Assembly (NCBI GenBank): GCA_030704615.1
Contig: CM060733.1
Coordinates: 43,710,001-43,774,000, forward strand
From: Takakia lepidozioides
Taxonomy: Eukaryota > Plantae > Bryophyta
Direction of reading: 5' to 3'
DNA: 64,000 bases
The notes beneath the pieces are model-generated. The model had not been told where the DNA came from, did no database searches, and saw only the letters and a list, made by a program, of their open reading frames with translations. Shown in pieces: positions 1 through 11,595 of the stretch. The position numbers and the translations under genes were made by a program. Numbering within the stretch: position 1 is the first letter of the stretch; every line of letters begins with the position of its first letter.

Positions 1-13
1 CCTTAATACTCTA

Positions 14-650
14 CAGAACGGAAATGCGGTACCGCATTTCCGTTCTGACTGAAAATCGTGAACAACGGGAACAGAAATGCGGCTCCGCATTTCCGTCCGA
101 GTCGCACCTTCCGACATTCTCGAACGGAAATGCGGCGCCGCATTTCCGTTTTGTATACGGGCCTGGAGCTGTGGGACGGAAATGTGTGCCGCATTTCCAT
201 CCATGTGAGACCTTCAAACTTTCCAGACAAGAAATGCGGCACCGCATTTCTGTCAGGTGAGACCTCTATACTTTCCCGAACGGAACGGCATTTCCTTCAT
301 CAACTAAGGTATGTGAAGGGGAACGGAAATGCGGATTATTCAGATTGAAAATCATGAACCACGGGAACTGAAATGTTGTGCCCATTTCCGTCCAAATCGC
401 ACCTTTCAACATTCCGAATGGAAATGCGGCGCCGCATTTCCCTTTTGATCTCATACATGGAGCTGTGGGACGGAAATGCGGCACCGTATTTCCGTTCAAC
501 AACTAAGGTATGTGAAGGTGGAACGGAAATGCGGTGCCGCATTTTCTTCCAACAAGTACGGATGTGTAGCTTCGTGATGGTACTTAACGGAAATGCGGCG
601 CCGCATTCGCATTTTCACTCCAACTCATCAGACGCTGGGACGGAAATGCC
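14..650. repeat. Array of ~12 palindromes GGAAATGCGG(C/T)(G/A)CCGCATTTCC at ~50-60 bp spacing
   Basis: Perfect 34-bp palindrome at 14-47. Further copies near 74, 125, 177, 231, 420, 471, 524 and 588. Isolated copies inside gene A (~2502, ~3708, ~4037). Confidence 0.95.
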
Positions 651-952
651 TTGAAATGTGAACACGTGAGCAACGGAATTGCTGCACATGTCGCACTCTA
701 TCTGACTGAAGGGCATGAGGCGGCGCGGCCTGACCGTTGGATAATGATGTTTGTTTTTCGGACGGCAGGCGTACCCTGAACGATTCGAATTTCGTAATGA
801 CAAAGTCCACGAGGAGACACTTTCGTCCAACCCTTTCGAACCCAAGTGGTGCATCACCGCCGTTTCATCTACTTTTGTCGTGTCTCCTCAGTCACCCCTC
901 TCGCGCCCTTTCCATCTGCACTCTTTGCCCCTTTTCCCTCTCTGTTCTTCTT

Positions 953-3900
953 ATGCTCGAACCTGAGAGGGGGGGAGTTCGTGCACCAGACAGAGACCTC
1001 GTCGCAAGCTCCGAAAATTATACTTCGGACGTAGGCCAATGCCGAAGGGGAGGAAGCAGATGCGTCTACAGGAGGAGATTGCCATCTCCGAGCAGCAGGC
1101 CACTCAGGCAACCCAGCCACCAGTGAGAGCTCCATGCGATCGGGCTGCGCGCAGCTGATCGAGCACCGAACCCCCCATTTTGCTTCTGTAATTCTTAGAC
1201 TGAATGCTAGGAGACTTGAATGCAGAACATGTTTGCATGCCTAACAGGAAAGGTGGACGTGCTGGAGGGATCGCAGGAATCCGAAGAGCCGCAGGAAGAG
1301 TCCGAGGAGCTAGCTGCAGCACGTACACCCACCCGATCCCGAGCGCGGGTATTCCTGCCGGGCCTAGCCCTGTGCGATTCAAAGACGCGGCTTCGAAGGG
1401 CAAGTTCAAAGCCCCAGAGATCGACTCGCGTTCTTCGGTCATGGAGAATCGCCAGCAGGGGTCGGGCCCTTCTCCAGCAAAGTCGAAGAAGAAGCAGCCC
1501 GTCCCTCTACTGGTTTCTGAACCGGCTCAGGCCGATTCACCCCCCCAACGCGAATGAAGCAGCAGGTAAAAGACAGATTCAATTGCAGCAGACACCTTCA
1601 CCTGCAAGGATGAGGAAGCAGAAGGCAATCAGGGCGACGGCCAAACAATCTCCCGCAAAACCGCTTCCACGAGCTGAAGCTCAGTTCCTGGAGGATTTCC
1701 CGCTTGCAGATGTTGGGGCCGACTCTGCTGCAGCGAAGGCAATGGGATCGACCGTTTCTGTCGATTTGGTACCGGAGGAGGGTGCTGCCGCTCAACGTTC
1801 GCAGCAAGACCTCACCACCGATGAGCAAGCAGGCCCGGAGGAGGCCTCTGCAATGGCAGAATTGCCCGCAGACAGGCCCCAGAGTGCAGCTCCAGTTGAG
1901 GATGCTCCAGCTGCTCAGCCCACTACCGGCACCTACAGACATGTCTCCGGAGGATTTCAAAAGTGCAGCGATAAAATGTTGGAGGAGACACACAGTAGCA
2001 TTGGCAGAGTTCTGGGCAGCAGGGTATTCCAGCGGACTCTTCGAATCCCACTCTGTCGCATGGTCTCCCTTCCCATCGTCAGGCAGGCCCTTCCCGGAGA
2101 TGGATAAGCTCAAGTTCGCATTTCGAGAAGGGTACCGTCTGGGATCGGCAGCGTTTTACGTTTCCATTGAGAATGAGGACGGCGAAACTCGTGGACCCAC
2201 TGCCGATGAATTGTCAACGTGGGATACCCACTGGCACACTCGCAACCACGAATTCGAGGCGACGCTGAAGGGTGATCCAGACTTCGGCCATATGTCGGGT
2301 AAAATGTTCTTTGTGTGGGACGGGAATCACCGACTTCTTGCCTGGTGGGAGTACATCAAGCAGAACCATGCCAAGCACATTGGCTGGCATTACATGGTGG
2401 AGTGTGTCATCCTCAAGGTGAAGGCGGCAGACTCTTCCCTGCTCAGGAATGCCATGGCGGACCTCAACTCGTAAGATACTCATACCCTCCCTAGCACGTT
2501 CGAAATGCGGTGCCGCATTTCGGTTTCCAATCTGGTTTGTTTCCGTGCTTCCGTGTACTGAACTGGAGAGTGTGCCTTGCAGGGTCACTGAGAATGCGTA
2601 CGTGCATACCCACATGGCACATATGCTGTACAGGGTGAGGAAAACTGGTCTCACTGATCCGCAGATGTTTGCGGAAATGCTGGAGCCGAGCTCATTCAGA
2701 AAGCCGTTGCAAAAACAGACCGGACATGGTATCGTCTCACTATGGATGGAATGGTGGAGGTGATATACGAAGTAAGTCGTCCTCCGATTTCCCTCTTTCA
2801 TCCTTCCCCAATTTCCAGTAATCTTTCCACATGAATCGAATGTAACGCTTCTGCATGTTTTTGTTGGCAGTCAAACATCAAGCTGGATTTGGCCCATGCC
2901 AAACGCTTCTTCATGGAAAGTGAGGGGCAGGTGAAAACGTTGCAGTCATTGACTGAGCACTTGAAGGAAGCCGGTGTCAAGTCCAGAACCAAATACAAGT
3001 CAAAGCTTGTGAAGCTGGTGGCAATTGCAGATCCGGCACTTGGAAAGGACTTCATCCCCGAGATTGCAAAACACTATTCTCGGGCCATGCAGCCGACCAT
3101 GCAATTGGAGAAACTGCATCACCTCTCAACGGCATGTGTGAGGCGAAAGAGAAGGTGAGGTTTTCAATGCACTGAAGTTCCTTCCTAGCAATAGCCACTC
3201 TCTTCCAGCTCCTGACATTGGATCGGAAATGGCAGACACGGTGGCTGTCGATCTGGAATGCATCCGAGAGCATAAGGACAATGTGGTCTTTTCCACTGGA
3301 AGTTTCCGACCCTGCAGTGGATGTGTGGCTCAACCGCATGACTTGGTGGTTCCAGGTAATTCAAGGTACTTCCCCATATTTGCTTTTCTGAAATGAATTC
3401 CCTGAACTGCTACGTGACAATGCATTTGGGAATCGCAGGTAATGTCGAATGCGAAGGAGCAAGTCGTAATGCACACAAATTCGTTCGGCTTGTACGTCAA
3501 ATGGGATGGAACACAGACATTGGAAGACTACGTGACACGTTTCAGATGTGCGTACAAGGACAACCTTTTCGCCAGAGAGCTACAGACAGCAAGAAGGAGC
3601 GTGGAGTTTACACATCAGGAGGGAGCGGGGAAAGCTGCAATGCGAATTGTTTACAGGTGAAGCACAGCTGCCCTTGTATGCGAAGCCTGGTTACGAGGTT
3701 TGTCTCCGAAATGCGGCACCGCATTCGCATTTTATGTTTTCGGTGGCACTCTGCGAGTAGGTTCGTCCAATCACGGAGTACGCTCAATGACAGCAGCTCC
3801 CGGATGGAGGAGGAGCACCGCGGTGGCTGGAAAAAGTTCAAGCTAACGCTGCAATTCCTCACAAACACTCCAGGGCACATTTAAATTTCCCCCCTACAGG

Positions 3901-4095
3901 ATCCTGGACCGATGAAGATTGGCTACTGCATGAATGTAGCCGTTTCAGTTTCCTACCCTGCCATGCAAACTATCGGCAGTCACTGCCAGGTGGGCCGATA
4001 GCACTGGACACGACGAAGTCCATCCCTCTTCGATGTAAATGCGGCGCCGAATTTCCATCCGGGGGATGGACTTCGGTGGCAGATCTCAAACTATA
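953..4095 (+). CDS. Gene A: multi-exon ParB/Srx-like domain protein (transposon cargo), frameshifted
   Basis: LRIPLCRMVSLPIVR...GY..GSAAFYVS...KMFFVWDGNHRLLAW (WDGNHR at 2316-2333). GT-AG introns after ~2471 and downstream. Colinear with gene B. Start and end are approximate. Confidence 0.65.
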
Positions 4096-5307
4096 ACTTG
4101 TTGATGAGAAAGATGTATGGGTTCATCCACCTCCGTCGGTGGGTACGTGGGACCCAGATGCTCCATTATTGGAGGCCGGACTGCTCTTCCGCTTCGCATC
4201 ATTTCCAAAATCTAAGGGCTTCGTAGCTGTCCGCAAGGTCATTGTCATCGGCATCCAAGTCGTCCTCAGGTCCTCCTTTGCAAGGATGTCGTGCTTCCGG
4301 AACCGGGACGACTGCCCATTTGGAGGCATCGATTATGCAATGTATCGGCCACATCGGGAGACATTATTATCTGGTACACAGATTACAGAGAAGATACTGG
4401 TTCGATTGTGGGAACATTGGTGGCTTTTGAGTATATCCTAGGCCACTACGCCTTCGAGCGGGGTGACGATCTTGGTCTGAGGAGTCCGTGGCTCCTGCGC
4501 ATCCTCGATTCCGATTTTCCCAGCTACGACGGTCACCCATGCAGAAGAAGGCGCACTGCTATGCTGTTGCGGTGGAACTGTTGCCACTGGACGTGGGTGG
4601 ACTCCATCGGAGAGACCTATTCTCCTGAAGGAGTGCTCCTCTTCTCCATTGTATGGGGACATTCGCATTGGTGTGGACGACGAAAACGTGAAGATTTCCA
4701 TATTCGATGGTGGTATGATTGAAGGGCAGGACATTGTGGTGAACATCACTAGGGGCGGTACAACGGCTGCAATCGACTTTACCTGGAGGAGCCCCATGAC
4801 TCATGAGCTAATTCTGAGAGCAGTCGAAGTCCCATTGACAACGTGACTTGTATTCAGTAGGCACAGGGCTAAAGATTTGATTGCACAATCAGCACAGTAG
4901 ACGTGCTTCAAATGCAATTCATGTGGATCAATAAAAACCTCATTGTGCCCTCTTTTATTCTATTCTGTGTCCATCGTTCCGAGAATGCGTCATTGCTCAT
5001 TTCGTTTGGGATTGGGAGTGTGGGTGGATTTTGCAAGTGGCTGGTAGGCTGAAATGGGCCCCCATTGTACAGAGCAGTACCACCCTTCCATTCGCGAAAC
5101 ATTGCCTTTCAATATATAATTCTAAATAACATTGCCGAACCTCCTTCATCGGAGGTCCTTCTCCCCCTATGACCGTGGCACCCTAAACCCTATTCCCGCG
5201 GACACTCATTTCCGGAAAATAGTGTTGCTCATGTTTTTTTCCACACTTACGACTCTGCTCATGGCTCATGCCGCTCATGGCTCATGGCTCATGAAATAGC
5301 AGCCCCC

Positions 5308-6720
5308 GCTCAAACAGTGTGCGTCAATGACACTGTTTGAGCCCACCTTGTCACTGTTTTTTCCTGTCAAAATTCGGCAATACAGGGCATGTCTGTGAGG
5401 ATCAATGAACACTTACCCGGCAGCTCAAACAGTGTGCGTCAACGCACACTGTTTGAGCTCACCTTTTCTTTGTTTTTTTCATCTTAAATTCGGCCACAAA
5501 GGGCATGTATTTGAGGATCAATAAACACTTACCTGGCAGCTCAAACAGTGTGCGTCAACGCACACTGTTTGAGCTCACCATGTCATTGTTTTTTCATTTG
5601 AAAATCGGCCACACAGGGCTTGTCTGAGGATCAATCATCACTTACCTGGCAGCTCAAACAGTGTGCGTCAACGCACACTGTTTGAGCCCACCTTCTCATT
5701 GTTTTTTTCGTTTGAAAATCGGCCACACAGGGCATGTAACTGAGGATCAATGAACACTTACCTAGCAGCTCAAACAGTGTGCGTTGGCGCACACTGTTTG
5801 AACCCAACTTCTCATTATTTTTTCATCTGAAAAAGGCCACAAATAGCATGTATTTGAGGATCAACATCACATACCTGGCAGCTCAACAGTTTGTGTCAAC
5901 GCACACTGTTTGAGCTCACCTTGTCATTGCCTTTGTCATCTGAAATCGGCCACATAGGCATGTATTTTGAGGATCAATCATCACTTACCTGGCAGCTCAA
6001 ACAGTGTGCGTCAACGCACACTGTTTGAGGTCACCTTCTCATTATTTTGTCATCTGAAAGAAGGCCACAAAGGGCATGTATTTGAGGATCAATCATCACT
6101 TACCTGGCAGCTCAAATAGTGTGCGTCAACGCACACTGTTTGAGCTCACCTTGTCATTGCCTTTGTCATCTGAAAATCGGCCACATAGGGTATGTATTTG
6201 AGGATCAATCATCACTTACCTGGTAGCTCAAATAGTGTGCGTCAACGCACACTGTTTGAGCCCACCTTGTCATTGTTTTTATCCTGTGATATTTGGCAAC
6301 ACAGGGTACGTATGTGAGGATCAAGGAACACTTACCTGGTAGCTCAAACAGTGTGCGTCAACGCACACTATTTGAGCTCACCTTTTCTTTGTTTTTTTCA
6401 TCTGAAAATCGGCCACTAAGGGCATGTCTTTGAGGTTCAATGAACACTTACCTGGCAGCTCAAATAGTGTGCGTCAACGCACACTGTTTGAGCCCACCTT
6501 GTCATTGTTTTTTTCTTGTGAAATTCGGCATCATGGGGCATGTCTTTGAGGTTCAATGCACACTTACGAGGCAGCTCAAACAGTGTGCATCAACGCACAC
6601 TGTTTGAGCCCACCTTGTCATTGTTTTTTTCATTTGAATAGGGCCAAATATCATGTTCAAAACACTTGAATTTGGAAGCTGAAACATTGTGCGGCAACGC
6701 ACGGTGTTTTTGGCCCCCAC
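5308..6720. repeat. Tandem array of ~12-13 units of ~116 bp, each with hairpin AGCTCAAACAGTGTGCG-tcaa-CGCACACTGTTTGAGCT
   Basis: CTTACC(T)GG register at 5412, 5528, 5641, 5757, 5871, 5984, 6099, 6215, 6331, 6447 and 6563. Confidence 0.97.
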
Positions 6721-6829
6721 AATGCTTGTTTTGTGGTGAGAAATTTGGCCACACAGGGCCTGTCTGCCATGCTCAAACACCATCGTTTCATGCCTCTCTC
6801 TTATATCAATTTGATTGAACAACCCTGCA

Positions 6830-9800
6830 GGAGAAGATGCAAAGTGTGGCGGAGGAGATCCCTTCGGGGCAGGGGAAGGAGATCATTGTTGATGTTGACG
6901 ATGAGTTCTATGAAAGCAAAGCCGCTGAGATGCTGGGGGGTCAGAAGGTAAACTTTCAGCTTGTGGTGCAAAGTATGCTTGCCCCGGGTGGGAGGTTGAA
7001 GATTCCCCTGTGTAGGTTGGTTTCCATGCCCGTCGTTCGTCCACCCCTCATCAAGGACATCCTAAGTTGGAGGCCGAGTTTGTTCATGGGTATTTGGATG
7101 GATCCGCAGTCTTTTACGTTTCTACAAAGAATTCCAGAGGCAATGAGCTCCTTGTGGATGAGTCAATCGTGGACTCCTGGGATCCCATTTGGAGACAGGT
7201 GAACGAATCCTTTGACCTTCTTCTCTCCAGGAAACCTTCCACCCAGGCATTCTCTAGGAAGATGTTTCACGATTGGGATGGCAACCACCGGTTGCTTGCA
7301 TGGATGGCTGTCATTGGGGGCTGCACTCACAGGAGGAAGAGTGGCATTACTCTGTTCGATCGATGGTGCTGGATTGTGACGGGAACATGATGGGTCTTCT
7401 GACGGCAATGAATGATGTGAACAGGTTGGTTTCTCATTCTACATGTTCCACTTGTGGTTTCGTGGTTCTTTGATTCAAGTCCTTGAATTTCATTCTGACT
7501 TTCAGATATCATTCTGCAGAGGGACGGAGACATCGCATGTCAAAACGAGTCAGGTTCACACACTGTATAGGATACAAAGGATCGGGCAGATGCCCTTGAC
7601 CAACTTCGACCATCCTTTCAGTAGAGACGTACAAGAAGTGTGAAAGCTCCAAGACATCGGAAACGTGGTACTCGTTGACCCGTGAGGCTTTCATGGAGTA
7701 CATGTATACGGTGAGATACATCTTCCTTCATCTGGCCTTTCCATATTCCTGGTTCCATATGTTTGTTTCTGTTTGTTTCCCTTGACCTTGGGTTGATGCA
7801 ACTCTCGTGCATTCCCTTGGAGCAAGACATTGCAGATGCAGGGGAGCGTGGCAAACTGGAATACTACAGCTCAACCCCTGAGGAGAGAAGGACAACAAAG
7901 GGGGTTGAGAGTCACATCCAGAAAGAGATGACCGCTACAAGAAGGACTATAATGAGTGCTTTTGTGAAGCAGTTGAGAATTGCCGACCCATCATTCGGAT
8001 CGCAGTTTCTCCTGGAGATAAAAAAAACCATTATAACAAGCCAGGCAAGCCAGAGATGGCCCAAGAGAAGTTGCACAGGTTGTCTACCGCCGTTGTGTCT
8101 TCAGAACAGAAGGTGAAGTGGCTACAAATATGGAACTCCGATCCCACAGTTAGGGATACCCACATGTTCCCCAGGCTGGAGAAAGAGAAGAAGACCCAGC
8201 GTGTCATTCCTATCAGTGACAATGTGCTGGACACATGGCTTCACAAGGCCACTTACTGGAGCCAGGTGTGATGTCCTTTCCTGTGTCACTTTCTTTTATC
8301 TTTTCCTGTGCTTTTCTTTCCATTGCCTCTTACATTCGCTGTGATTGTTTTTGGGTTCATTCTTGCATTTGAGTTGTTTTGCAGTTGGAAGAAAGGGTCC
8401 GGTCGGTTATGCATACTCAGCTGGCTGACTATGGCATCACTATGACAGCACCAAAGGTCTCCTTCGAAGCATACACGAGGAAATGGAGAGCCACAGTGTG
8501 GCACTCTTGTTTCTTTAGAGAGTTCAGCAAGGAGGGTGAGCATCAGTCGACAAATGACCTTGACCAGCAAGAAAAAGGAGAGGAAGCCTGGAAACGATGC
8601 CTTTTACAGTGCACACACCCTGGGCCGTTCAGGCTACTTAGTGTGCTGTGTTTGCAATGTACTGTGCCGCATACTGTTTAAGGGGGTCTTCCTGGTGTGA
8701 TGGAAAAGCTGAGACAATAATTGTATTGCATAATGAGGCGTCTCTGTTCCTGCAGGTACATAAAGTTTGTTCTCATGGAAGAAATGCTTAGACAAACATC
8801 TAGATTTCGTGGACCTTTGGCTTGTCCTGCTGGCAACCAGACCATGTTTACTACGGGATCTTGCATGACTGGGCCAGACCATCTTCTTCTTGTGGTTGGT
8901 ATTTGGATTGCCCTCCTTCTGAGACCCCAGCTCCGGAGTGTCTTTGAGGAGAGAGAATGAGCGTATTGCAGCCACTGCCAGCAGCAGCCGACCTCGACAT
9001 TCATGAACGAAATTTGAGGACTCTTGCAGAGAAAGAGCCTCCCGCTCAGGATACCCCGGGTAGAGGAAGAAAGGCAAAGGGAAAAGATGTTGCTGATGTT
9101 GTGGGGAAAGGAAGGGGTAGGGAAGGTGGCACAAGGGCAGGGAAGTGTTGCAGATATTGGCCCAGTCGTGCATGTCCAACAGACTCCACCGCATGGTAGG
9201 GGATCCGTGAGAAAGAACAAGGGGTGGGTTGATCCCAAGGACCCGTACCATGCAGTGGAACATCCCACGAGGGTCATTTCGCCCTACCAGGTTGGAGATG
9301 GCCAACGTCGGGTTCCTTGCCATGATGAGTCCAAGAAAATTTGATTTCAAGGGCGAGCCATCACCAGTGTGGGGAGAGGATTTTGGAGTTCCTCACACGG
9401 TGCGTGTTCTCTTTTGCTTCTTCTCTGCTGTGGGCATGGATCGTTTCATCCTCTTGAGTATTCCATTGTAATTTTGTTTGCAGGCTAAAATGACCAAATC
9501 CTGGGTGAACGGGAAGGAGAAGCCATATGCAGCCGAACTCATCATCTTGGACATCCCTGATGGGTTGGCAGTCCCGGAAGTCCCTCATCGGTGCTTGTCC
9601 GGGTTGGAATGCTTTTGATGAGCGCTACTGCAGTGGGTTTTCTCCTTTTTGCAATTTTTTCCTGTCCGATGCAGGTGTTTTGGTGCTCATCCAGTCCATC
9701 GACGTTCGCTGTCGCGCACTTGCCAGCTATTTGAAAGCCTCGGCATGAGAGTCGTGAAGACATGGAATTGTGTGAACAACAACCTTACGAAAGGGGATCG

Positions 9801-10560
9801 TCCGGAGAGATGGTAAATTTGCCTCTTTCTTCCTCTTCTTGGTGGTTCTCGGATGGAGTTGTATAGGTCGCTCGAACTCATATGTAGGGCCTGATTTTTA
9901 AGCTTCTTAGTTCCTTGTGGATGTCCTGTTCGCAGACTCGTTTGTTTGAAGCTGTTTGTCTCGTCCGAGTGCATCCACCAACGACTCCGCCGGCATTGCG
10001 GAGTTCGCCATCACTCATGGGGCAAGTTCATAGACGACAGGACAGATCCTCCCACGGATGACATGCACCACAACTACGTCGACAGCAACGTGTGCTTGCG
10101 AAGGGGGAATGGGGTTCCTTGGAGAGGGCAAGGGAGAGGACCCGGCTTTCATTCAAACGATTGTGGAGTGCACACCTACACAAACGCCAGAGTTCTGGAT
10201 TTGTCAATGGCACAGGTTCGTCTCTTCAACATTCACATTTCATGAGGTTTGATTGAGCTTGCACTTTCAGCACTTCCCACCGTTCCAAATGGGTCTTCAA
10301 TGTCTGCTTCCTTCATTCTATTCCACTGCACGTGCTTCGCACCACGCTTGCAAGGCCAGTGCGCGACATCTCTTTGGGATTGAAGGGGATGCTGAGATTT
10401 ACAAGAACCTCTTGATGGGTTTGGGTGGACACACTTCTCAAGTCCTTCGAAGCCCCGTCCCGCTGATATATTGATACAGAGGAGACTTCCGACAAGGAGC
10501 TGGACTCCGACTTTGCCTGTGAGTAAGTTCAACCTGTGGATGCTTGCATTGTTGTCTCAA
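6830..10560 (+). CDS. Gene B: ParB/Srx-like domain fused to a beta-class DNA amino-methyltransferase-like domain (multi-exon, frameshifted)
   Basis: LKIPLCRLVSMPVVR...WDGNHRLLAW (7274). AELIILDIPDG (9532-9564). FFLSDAGVLVLI. GVPWRGQ..DPAFIQTIVE. VLDLSM(G)TG (10192-10215) | ASHHACKASARHLFGIEGDAEIY (~10334-10402). Confidence 0.65.
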
Positions 10561-11595
10561 TATCGAGAATCACTGTTCTTGAGGCAAAGTTCACATGGGA
10601 GACATCCTCTTCGTTGGACTTGTGCATTGCATCATTGTGTTCAAAATGGGTTTTGTCGACATGTGCAGGAGTCCGCGTGCTTCCACTTACCCCCCAGGGC
10701 TATCACACCTATTTGGACTTCTTTCCAGTCCTCCTCGGTCTTGTGTGCTACCTGTCTATGCGGAGGCACTCGCAGCAAGCATGTCCGTTCATGGCACTCA
10801 GAGTCCACCCATCGACGGCCGTGGTAGAAGACGTGGTGTTGGGGCCAGAATCTTTGTGGATGACATAGCACAGGAGGTTGAGACTGATTCTGATGACTGT
10901 GACACTTGATATGAAGTTTTCTTTTGGTTTTATTCGGGGCCAAATTTGAAATGGGATGGTTGTGTGTCCTTGTTGTCCTGTTTGCAGTGTGTGCGTGGAA
11001 TGCACATTCATGGGAACAAACTATTGTTGGATGGAGGTTGCATGGACTGCCCGGATTGTTCCTTCAATCTATTTAGTGTTTTGTGGACCTCACAGACTTG
11101 AGTGCATTGCAAAAACAAACAAACGACTTTGGTTCGTGTAGAGCATTCTCTCGCATCATTTGCTCGTTGGTCTCCAAACCATTCCTGCTAGAAGAATGGT
11201 TGGTGAATCCATCACAGTGAAGTCCACCTCATCAAAGAGCGTTCAGGCATTCTCAAATCTAATGAGCATCCATGATGCTCCCGCACATACCTGGCATGTT
11301 CGCAAGGGTGGTGAGTAAGAAAAGATTTTGCAGGGATCCGCTTTAGATGATGTCAGTGTGCACCTCCTCACGACATACCCACATAAACGTGTGAGGGCTT
11401 GGTATGTTGATAACGTCTGGATGGTAGCAATGGATGTAACATATCCACTCTGCATTCCCGGGGAAATGGCTGATCAACCCGCGGAAATAGGTGACACCCG
11501 CGGAAATAGGCCCTGTATGCATGCTGACGTGGCGTGAGCCTGTACTGGGCTCTCACGTTTCCTAGGCTCACAGGCTCACGGAATAGCACCCCCCC

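Larger units (their letters stand above)
1..5307 (+). mobile_element. Right part of a putative DNA transposon (unit 1) ending GGCTCATGAAATAGCAGCCCCC
   Basis: (GCTCATG)n subterminal repeats at ~5257-5293. The terminus cuts the first 116-bp repeat of the next unit. The same signature occurs at ~11595 and 40771. Confidence 0.55.
5308..11595 (+). mobile_element. Right part of a putative DNA transposon (unit 2) ending GGCTCACGGAATAGCACCCC
   Basis: GGCTCAC subterminal repeats at ~11565-11580. Abrupt junction into a Gypsy gag ORF at ~11595. Confidence 0.55.

Noticed and set aside
14-650. CRISPR-like palindromic repeat/spacer pattern
   Set aside because: Spacers recur (e.g. GGAGCTGTGGGA, CAACTAAGGTATGTGAAGG), repeats are variable, there are no cas genes and the context is spliceosomal.
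5410-6570. U1 snRNA genes (ACTTACCTGG) or a mini-exon array
   Set aside because: Only the ~10-nt word matches U1. The implied introns are ~50 nt and the exons contain TGA in the plausible frame.
10590-10943. Minus-strand His/Cys-rich ORF after gene B
   Set aside because: Short and without a recognisable motif; cannot be supported.
1-11595. Bacterial or phage contamination as the source of ParB/MTase
   Set aside because: The genes have GT-AG introns at conserved positions and are nested with plant Gypsy sequence.
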